A stretch of 24,000 nt of DNA, from the sequence record MT270409.1; one strand, given 5' to 3'. Positions 16,189-22,370 of this stretch are shown piece after piece. The notes below the pieces were generated by a model. That model had not been told where the DNA came from. It worked only from the letters and a program-made list of their open reading frames with translations, and made no database searches. The stretch is from Phaeobacter phage MD18. Position numbers and translations under genes: made by a program. The first letter of the stretch is position 1. Every line of letters starts with the position of its first letter.

Positions 16189-16275
16189 TGGCGCGGGCGG
16201 TGGGTAACGATCCCTCCCTGTTGCAACAGACTCCTTCACCTTAACTAGGTGGTGCTCTCCTTGAGCTACGCCCGT
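16189..16275 (-). tRNA. Unusual tRNA-like gene, anticodon uncertain (GTT by position, A33), palindromic long variable arm
   Basis: ACGGGCG TA GCTCAAGGAGAGC ... CACC TAGTTAA GGTG ... CTGTTGCAACAG ... GGG ATCGTTA CCC ... CGCCCGC-G-CCA. Confidence 0.45.
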
Positions 16276-16290
16276 ATTGTTGGAGGTTCT

Positions 16291-16311
16291 TCTCAATTCA
16301 GAACCTGCCTT
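16291..16311 (-). terminator. Stem-loop GGTTCT-GAATTGAGA-AGAACC bordering the noncoding region
   Basis: 6-bp perfect inverted repeat at the downstream edge of the 1.5-kb gene-free region. Confidence 0.35.
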
Positions 16312-16789
16312 GAACCGTTACGCGCTAGTTTCGAAGGTTCTTGTGCGTCGAGCCTCAGGGTGGCAACTGCGGACATGCCCGTGCGACCCGTAATGGAACG
16401 ATAGATCACTCACTCCTGCGGTGCGGCGAACACCTACCAGACGAATTCTGTCCCGGTTACCGTCTTCCGGGGACGCCTTATCGTAGCGTCAGGTTTGATC
16501 AATCGTGACACGGGGCGCGAAGCAGCATTTTCGGGAAGCTGTCACCCATCACCGGCACCCATCAGAGTATAACGCCCCCCAGCCCATCGGACGCCCGGAC
16601 GCCAGACCGAGATTGATTTCAGTGAGGCGCATTCAAATTAGAGGCGGCTGGACTGCTGATCCTTGGATGTAGACGCCCGCCGCCGGGAGCGTCCGGGTAC
16701 TCACGCATCCCCATGCGAGCTATCTATCAAGGGTGCTACCCTGCGGACTTTCCGAGGGGCCGCTCCCTAAACCCCGGGGGTGACTCCAG

Positions 16790-17200
16790 CAGTGAGCCAG
16801 TGCGACCGAGGAATTCAAATTAGGTCCGACGATTCTGTTGCTACGCTCGCCGGGAAGCGCCATGAGGGTTCAGACAAAACTGACTAAGCAGAGCTTAGGC
16901 AGCGATTGCCATCTCCATCGGAGCTGCGTTGGTGTTTGCAGTTGTAAAGTTTGAACGATAACGGTGTTTCTCACCGGCACGCCGCTTTCCCTATCCACCC
17001 TGTCGATCCTATTTCGGCCCCATCAAATGCTCACAACGGTTTCGAACCGCTTTCTCCGGTGATCAACCGGGTATCCGCCAAGGCCCTGCAAGGGCGTCCC
17101 CTAGCAGGAAGTGAGCATATGGTGGAGCCGCGGGGTACCGCCCCCCGGTCCAGAAGTGTCCTCAGGTCTGAGGATTTACGTGCGTCTTTGCCGATCAGAG
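16790..17200 (-). ncRNA. ssrA: Circularly permuted two-piece tmRNA; acceptor piece about 17121..17200, coding piece from 17022 downward; outer boundaries approximate
   Basis: Minus strand GGGGCCGAAATAGGATCGACAGGG at 17022 (tmRNA 5' consensus) pairs 7 bp with CGGCTCC-A-CCA (17121..17131), preceded by GGAC-CGGGG-GGCGGTA-CCCCG; resume-like GCAAACACCAAC at 16940; AIAA-TAA end followed by TAAGC-TCT-GCTTA helix. Confidence 0.75.
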
Positions 17201-17779
17201 ATCGACGTGTGGTGCAAGCACCACCAAAGACACAGCAAGTAAACCACCGCGACGCATGTTCCTTACGCCGGTCCGGGATACCCTCCCGGTTCTTCCTGTG
17301 TCCATGGTGAAACTCGCTTCAAGCACCACCAAGAAAGCACCCAGTGTTTGGGACATAAACGCGCTCGCAATAAGCGGATCGGATGCTTTCATGGTGAGGC
17401 TCCCTGACTTTGTCCGTGAGGACGAAGCTCGCGGCCTCTGAAGTTGGAAGGCTGAGATTACACCTTTCAGCGAGAGCCTTTGGTTTCCCGTACCCGCGTC
17501 CTGCGACAGACTTGGTTAGGACCTATCCACATGGTGGCTTCCGCTCACCATGTATCTCTCAGTGATGCCGTTTTTGAGGACCAAGGCAGTAGTCCTGTCG
17601 TGTCACGCTAATCGTCCGTCGCCGTAACGTCTGCCTTGCGAGCAGTTCGCCTCCGCTAAGAAGCTACGTCTTGCCTTCGAACAAACACCGTCGCCTTGCG
17701 AGCTAGGGTGCACCGAATTCCCCGAGGGGTCCGGCATTAATCACCTTTCACGTGGCACCGAGCCAGTCTTTTGCTTTTT

Positions 17780-17853
17780 AAGATCAGACGGGATTTGAAC
17801 CCGCTACCGATGGTTTAGACGACCATTGCTCTATCCTATTGAGCTACTGAATT
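17780..17853 (-). tRNA. tRNA-Arg(TCT)-like, G33, no CCA, weak acceptor stem (possible pseudo-tRNA)
   Basis: TAGCTCAATAGGATAGAGC; ATGGT CGTCTAA ACCAT; GCGGG TTCAAAT CCCGT; acceptor only partly paired. Confidence 0.5.
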
Positions 17854-18215
17854 CCCTGAGATGTGCTGGCTCGGTTGCTCCATGCCTTGTTAGACACAGA
17901 ATACAACACACCTATCTGTCTTTCGGCTTGCGGCCTAATTGACGGCTCTTCGCGTTTTCGGCCTTTATCAGGCCTGCTTCGCTCGTGCTGGTCTCTCGCC
18001 CTAACGCGCAAACGCTCGGACTGTGTGCGACCTACTCATTTATCATCCTCGTTCGTTCAGTTTGCATACTGCTGGCAGATTGCAGCCTTTGTCAGGACCC
18101 CGCGTTACGTGACCCTGATTATGCTTTCGCACCCGCAGCCTGAACTTACCGACTAGCCCCCTCCCGGAGGCACAACGCTACGGTTTCCCGGCGAAGTCGA
18201 TCTGAGCTTGCATGA

Positions 18216-18479
18216 ATGAACCCGTATGCAGGCGGAACCCTTGGGAGAGCTCCTTTCAACGCCTTACAGCGAACTATTCTTGAGGACCTCATGCGGCCCT
18301 ATCCCCGAAGGGATGTCGTTTGGCGAATGCTCGCGCACTCAAGCCTAAATTACAGGGGACAGTTTTACCCGCCATGGCCCGATCCGAAGACCCCCACTAC
18401 CAGCTCGTCCCCTCGCCAATTGCTGTTGACGAAACTCGGTGATAAAGACCTTAAGGCCTCAATCAGAAAGCGAATGTGA
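18216..18479 (+). CDS. Hypothetical protein (87 aa), translationally coupled to H-NS-like gene
   Basis: Complete plus-strand ORF; stop TGA overlaps start of the next ORF (GTGATG). Confidence 0.5.
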   Translation: MNPYAGGTLGRAPFNALQRTILEDLMRPYPRRDVVWRMLAHSSLNYRGQFYPPWPDPKTPTTSSSPRQLLLTKLGDKDLKASIRKRM

Positions 18480-18799
18480 TGATCTCAGAAAAAGACCTGA
18501 AATCCATGTCCTCTAAAGACCTCGAAGAGCTTCGACATCGTATCGACCGTGTGATCGACGGTGTACGCTCCGAGGAAAAGATCAAGGCCATTGAAGAAGT
18601 ACGGTCAGTTGTCGCCCAACATGGATTCACTCTCGATGAGTTGTTAAATCGACCGGACCGACGCAAAAGACCTGACACATCCCCAAAATATCGCAACCCG
18701 GATGACCCCGATCAAACGTGGAGTGGTATGGGACGAAAGCCCGCTTGGATTCGATCCGCTATCGAAGCCGGAACAGACTTGGACCAGTTGCGTATTTGA
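18476..18799 (+). CDS. H-NS/HvrA-family nucleoid-associated protein
   Basis: N-terminal coiled-coil (LEELRHRIDRVIDGVRSEEKIKAIEEV) and C-terminal KYRNPDDPDQTWSGMGRKPAWIRSAIEAGTDLDQLRI, the H-NS DNA-binding signature. Confidence 0.85.
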   Translation: MMISEKDLKSMSSKDLEELRHRIDRVIDGVRSEEKIKAIEEVRSVVAQHGFTLDELLNRPDRRKRPDTSPKYRNPDDPDQTWSGMGRKPAWIRSAIEAGTDLDQLRI

Positions 18800-18885
18800 T
18801 GGAGCCGAGACCGGGGGTCCCACCCGGGTGCCTGATCGCGCCGGGATCAACCGACTGCATGGACTTTATGCCCTCTCGACGTATT

Positions 18886-18961
18886 TGGTTGCAGGAGCTG
18901 GATTCGAACCAACGACCTCCGGAATATGAACCCGGTGAGCTGACCACTGCTCTATCCTGCA
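18886..18961 (-). tRNA. tRNA-Met(CAT)
   Basis: TGCAGGA...CCGGG TTCATAT TCCGG...TCCTGCA-A-CCA. Confidence 0.85.
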
Positions 18962-19011
18962 GTATTCTTTTCGCCTGACGGGGGGTCGAACCCGCGGTGG
19001 CGAGACCAGAT

Positions 19012-19087
19012 TGGTCAGGATGGTGGGTCACGATCCCACGGCCTCCCGCGTCCGAGGCGGGCACTCTACCAACTGAGCTACATCCTG
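19012..19087 (-). tRNA. tRNA-Pro(CGG), T-loop ATCGTGA
   Basis: CAGGATG...CCCGC CTCGGAC GCGGG...GTGGG ATCGTGA CCCAC...CATCCTG-A-CCA. Confidence 0.9.
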
Positions 19088-19088
19088 T

Positions 19089-19238
19089 TTATTCGTTGGA
19101 GGCCCGAACCCCCATGCTGGCGAAGGCCAGAACGACACCGAAGCCAAGGATGCCTGCGAATGCCGCTCCGGGCGCTACACTCGCCATAGCAAGCGAGCCC
19201 AGAATTCCGATGATCGAAACGATCCCAATGAACCGCAT
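19089..19238 (-). CDS. Small hydrophobic membrane peptide (49 aa), missed by ORF track
   Basis: MRFIGIVSIIGILGSLAMASVAPGAAFAGILGFGVVLAFASMGVRASNE*, preceded by AAAGGAG. Confidence 0.55.
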   Translation of the reverse strand: MRFIGIVSIIGILGSLAMASVAPGAAFAGILGFGVVLAFASMGVRASNE

Positions 19239-19298
19239 TCGGGTCTCCTTTCTCGTGTTTCTTTCGGCTTACGCGCTCATCGCGCTGCGATAGTGTGA

Positions 19299-19377
19299 TG
19301 GTGGTGACAGGTGGGATCGAACCACCGCACTCCCAGTTATGAGCCGGGGGCTCTACCAACTGAGGAGCTACTACACC
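19299..19377 (-). pseudogene. Degenerate duplicate of tRNA-Met(CAT)-like gene at 19608
   Basis: Near-identical ~60-nt core to 19608..19683, but 3-nt insertion TAGCTC[CTC]AGTTGG and broken acceptor stem. Confidence 0.65.
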
Positions 19378-19607
19378 GTATAAGGAGGGCTGGTGGAGTC
19401 GAACCACCCATGGTCCGGTCGCATTGTGGTACTAGACCCAAAGGACGCTCCGGCATTATCTCACTTGGGGCACCTGACAAATCACGATCAGGCTGAGAGA
19501 TTACGGACAACCCATTCGGCGACCACGCGTGACCGTGAGGCCGAAAACTGTATGGAGATGAGTGCATGACAAAGCCATCAACATGCACTGTCCCCGATGG
19601 TAGGGAT

Positions 19608-19683
19608 TGGAGGTGACAGGTGGGATCGAACCACCGCACTCCCAGTTATGAGCCGGGGGCTCTACCAACTGAGCTATGTCACC
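19608..19683 (-). tRNA. tRNA with CAT anticodon (Met, or Ile if lysidine-modified)
   Basis: GGTGACA TAGCTCAGTTGGTAGAGC...CCCGG CTCATAA CTGGG...TGTCACC-T-CCA. Confidence 0.9.
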
Positions 19684-19832
19684 GAAATCGAGTAGGGACA
19701 TCCTCCGTCATGAACAAGCATGCTGCCGAGGTAACCTCCAATGTCCCGTAAAGCCTCTAGGAGGGCGAGGACCAGATCATCATGTGATCTGGGTTTGGTC
19801 GTGTTCAGGGCGAACCCCGTACAACAGGTATA

Positions 19833-19909
19833 TGGTAGAGCATAGGGGATTTGAACCCCTGTCCTCCCGGCTGAGAACCGGGCGTCCTTGACCGCTAGAC
19901 CAATGCTCC
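19833..19909 (-). tRNA. tRNA-Glu(CTC)
   Basis: GGAGCAT TGGTCTAGCGG...CCCGG TTCTCAG CCGGG...ATGCTCT-A-CCA. Confidence 0.9.
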
Positions 19910-20135
19910 GCTTATGAGCGTCGAAAACGATGCTCTATAAAGGACTTCGAAAAGCGCGCTCGCAGGGTACAAATGACCGAAACGCCCCTGATGACCTGTC
20001 CCAGAAGGAAAGGAGACCTCCGAGTAGGGAGCGCGCTATTGGAAGCCCCTTAGCCTCGACCGAGCAAAGTGCTCGGGAAACCGAAGGGGAATTCCGTACG
20101 TTCTCAGAGACCATACAGTCAATGAGAACCGAAAT

Positions 20136-20212
20136 TGGTAGGGCATACGGGATTTGAACCCGTGTCCTTCGACGTGAAAAGCCGACGTCCTAGACCGCTA
20201 GACCAATGCCCC
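20136..20212 (-). tRNA. tRNA-Glu(TTC)
   Basis: GGGGCAT TGGTCTAGCGG...TCGGC TTTTCAC GTCGA...ATGCCCT-A-CCA. Confidence 0.9.
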
Positions 20213-20379
20213 AAAGTTTGCACGGATTATCGCGACACCTGCTGACGCAGGTGGAACTACCATGCTGATCTGCTGCTTGTTTATCGCGCATTCGCGCTGC
20301 AGATCATGGACAGCCAAATTGTCAAAGAGCAGTGGAACCTAGGTCCCTGACTTGGCCCTGACGGGCCTCGCCGTGTTGT

Positions 20380-20410
20380 CGCTTCCAATCCTTCGGATCA
20401 GAAGGGTTGC
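20380..20410 (+). repeat. Hairpin repeat copy 1: CGCTTCCAATCCTTCGGATCAGAAGGGTTGC
   Basis: 31-nt identical to copy 2; imperfect hairpin CTTC-ca-ATCC-ttc-GGAT-ca-GAAG. Confidence 0.8.
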
Positions 20411-20415
20411 TGGTT

Positions 20416-20444
20416 GATGTAAGCGATTCTCACCACCGCGTCAA
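20416..20444 (-). promoter_or_regulatory. Promoter candidate TTGACG-17-TACATC containing GAATCGCTTAC
   Basis: Minus strand TTGACGcggtggtgagaatcgctTACATC. Confidence 0.4.
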
Positions 20445-20638
20445 CCGTTTTGTCATCTTGGCTTGCGTTGTCCGCTTGGTGCGTCGCTGCTTGCCGTCGA
20501 TGAGCTTGTTCTAGGCTATCTTTTCTGACCGTGCAAGAGAAAATTTCACCGTTTTGGCAATTTTTTCTGTCACCCAGCAGAAGAGACAGGAAAGAACCGT
20601 CATAAGGGGCCAGAAATGGCACCTTACAGCCGATTTTC

Positions 20639-20669
20639 CGCTTCCAATCCTTCGGATCAGAAGGGTTGC
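20639..20669 (+). repeat. Hairpin repeat copy 2
   Basis: Identical 31 nt to copy 1. Confidence 0.8.
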
Positions 20670-20712
20670 CGCCTCAAGGGGTCAACTATGACACCTAAGG
20701 GGATGAGAGAGC

Positions 20713-20743
20713 CGCTTCCAATCCTTCGGATCAAAAGGATTTC
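20713..20743 (+). repeat. Hairpin repeat copy 3 (CGCTTCCAATCCTTCGGATCAAAAGGATTTC)
   Basis: 3 differences from copies 1 and 2. Confidence 0.75.
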
Positions 20744-20859
20744 CGATTCAGAACCTCAGGAGGTCAATGGGACGGTGAAGGCGCGCGTCAGCGCGCGATG
20801 TCCCGGGGAATTGGCTCAGATTGCGATTTTGGGATTCATCATCCCGGCTAAGGAGCGGC

Positions 20860-21024
20860 TTAGATGCCTACTCGCTTCTCAAAGCTGGCGAGAAACTGAT
20901 TTTCTGCCTTGGCGCGTTCCTGTTCAGAGACAGGTCCGCGATAGCGCTCTGAGATCAATGGCTCGACAGTATTACTGTGCGGAGACATCGTGGCCGCGTT
21001 AGCGGCGAAGTGTTCGTTCGACAT
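20860..21024 (-). CDS. Small protein (54 aa), missed by ORF track
   Basis: MSNEHFAANAATMSPHSNTVEPLISERYRGPVSEQERAKAENQFLASFEKRVGI*, preceded by AAGGAGG and a promoter. Confidence 0.65.
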   Translation of the reverse strand: MSNEHFAANAATMSPHSNTVEPLISERYRGPVSEQERAKAENQFLASFEKRVGI

Positions 21025-21065
21025 GCGGCCCTCCTTGGCTCGGATTTCGTGACTTGATGTGACAT

Positions 21066-21094
21066 GAAGTAAGCGAATCGCGCCGTTATGTCAA
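21066..21094 (-). promoter_or_regulatory. Promoter TTGACA-17-TACTTC containing GATTCGCTTAC
   Basis: Minus strand TTGACAtaacggcgcgattcgctTACTTC upstream of 20860..21024. Confidence 0.5.
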
Positions 21095-21516
21095 CTTTCG
21101 TGGCGCAAACGGGTCAAAACGGAGCGAATTCCAGTAAATCTTGCCGCCCAGGACAGGATTTGTGATATAAATGCAACACTTTTTCTGGAAATTTTGAAAT
21201 TTTTTACAGGCGGATCGCGTTTCGAATAGGGGGTGCCCTGTTTCCCGGCGGGTCCCCGGTTGCTCTTCCATCGGGCCGCGGCACCTGTAACCGCTGGGTT
21301 GCTCTGCAACTCGCTGACAGCACCTACGCGCCCGAATCACCCCCACCCCTACTCCCCCTTTGGGTCCCTTCCGAATCTTTTTTGTCAAGCGTTTTCTCGT
21401 TCAAGCTGTGATTGATTGCTTGCTCGCTTGATTGCGCTTGACATGCCAAGGGCACCGGGTGTGCCCGATGCCCTGTGATTCGTTTGATATGTGAGGGGGC
21501 TTGCGCCCCCTGCCCC

Positions 21517-21813
21517 TCAGGCCTTGACCTTGGACCGGTCGAGGCGCTGCCAAATTGCGGCGCGGTTTCCTTGGATAATCCAGTCTTCGCGCCAGTGAGC
21601 AGGCATCCCGTCCGGATCACCGATGGCGACCACATCAGTCCTAAACCACACCACCGGACCATTTTTCCAGCCGCTTTCCCCCTCTTTCAGGTCGCGCTCT
21701 TGACGGTCGCGCAGCTTGAACAGGGTACCGTTGACGGATACCAGATCGCCGTTGCGCAGCTCGTGGGTGTTGACCGTTTCGAACATGTCCGAGGTGATGC
21801 TTACGTTTGCCAT
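21517..21813 (-). CDS. Small hypothetical early-type protein (98 aa)
   Basis: Complete ORF with shared leader and promoter cassette upstream. Confidence 0.65.
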   Translation of the reverse strand: MANVSITSDMFETVNTHELRNGDLVSVNGTLFKLRDRQERDLKEGESGWKNGPVVWFRTDVVAIGDPDGMPAHWREDWIIQGNRAAIWQRLDRSKVKA

Positions 21814-21849
21814 GGTGCAGGTTCCCTTTGTCTGCGTTTCGATGATTCC

Positions 21850-21899
21850 TTTATAAGAGATTCTCCCCTACCGTGCAACCAAAAAATACGCTTCAAGCC
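21850..21899 (-). promoter_or_regulatory. Repeated promoter cassette, copy A (GCTTGAAGCG..TTGCAC-17-TATAAA)
   Basis: gcttgaagcgtattttttggttgcacggtaggggagaatctcttataaa. Confidence 0.7.
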
Positions 21900-21945
21900 T
21901 AATTTATCGGCTGCGCGTCGGGCGTTTCGCAGGTGGAATCTACAG

Positions 21946-21974
21946 AATATCTGATTCGCTTTTAGGCTTCAAGA
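21946..21974 (-). promoter_or_regulatory. Truncated cassette copy F (TTCGTCTTGAAGCCTAAAAGCGAATCAG)
   Basis: Contains both CTTGAAG and GCGAATC blocks at shortened spacing. Confidence 0.4.
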
Positions 21975-22036
21975 CGAAAAAGGCGCGCCAAGCGGCACGC
22001 CTTGCGGGGGTGGGTAGGGCTTTCGCCCCTTCCCTA

Positions 22037-22240
22037 TCAGGCCTTTTCGATTTCGAGGCGGCGGGGTTCTCCGGTCGCTGCATCGGTCAGAACTTTGAAG
22101 GTCGGCGACACGTCGCGCGCCCAGTCGTGACCCGCCTTGCCTTGCACGCTGGCCCAGCGGTAGCAGGCCATCAGGTCCGCTTTTGCGTCCGACTTGTGTG
22201 CGATGGTGCCTTCTGCGGTTTTGATGGTTGCGATGTACAT
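22037..22240 (-). CDS. Small hypothetical protein (MYIATIKTAEGTIAHKSDAKADLMACYRWA...)
   Basis: ATG immediately after shared leader AAACGCAGACGGAAGGGACCTGCACC. Confidence 0.6.
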   Translation of the reverse strand: MYIATIKTAEGTIAHKSDAKADLMACYRWASVQGKAGHDWARDVSPTFKVLTDAATGEPRRLEIEKA

Positions 22241-22276
22241 GGTGCAGGTCCCTTCCGTCTGCGTTTCGATGATTCC

Positions 22277-22325
22277 TTTATAGGGGATTCTCGCATGTCG
22301 CGCAATCAAAAAATAAGCTTCAAGC
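22277..22325 (-). promoter_or_regulatory. Repeated promoter cassette, copy B (TTGCGC-17-TATAAA)
   Basis: gcttgaagcttattttttgattgcgcgacatgcgagaatcccctataaa. Confidence 0.7.
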
Positions 22326-22370
22326 AGGATTTTATGCGCCAAGCGCAGGTGGGGGCTTTCGCCCCTCCCC

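Noticed and set aside
16445-16760. RNase P RNA-like fragments on minus strand (GGAAAGTCCG at about 16745 and GACAGAATTCG at about 16445)
   Set aside because: P4 strands are not complementary and conserved CR regions (e.g. GGTAAGAG) are absent; resemblance probably fortuitous, though a covariance search is warranted
16951-17310. Plus-strand ORF of 119 aa
   Set aside because: Lies antisense to the putative tmRNA; composition typical of antisense-of-structured-RNA translation, no recognisable domain
17413-17424. GTCCGTGAGGAC, identical to the classic hammerhead ribozyme stem II, followed by GAAGC
   Set aside because: The upstream core reads CTGACTTT, not CUGAUGA, and no clear stems I/III were found; likely just a stable hairpin
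20380-20743. CRISPR array
   Set aside because: Only three copies with spacings of 259 and 74 bp; no regular spacer structure
21086-21388. Minus-strand ORF of 100 aa (TTG-initiated)
   Set aside because: Starts inside a TTGACA promoter-like element with no ATG near the start; composition unconvincing
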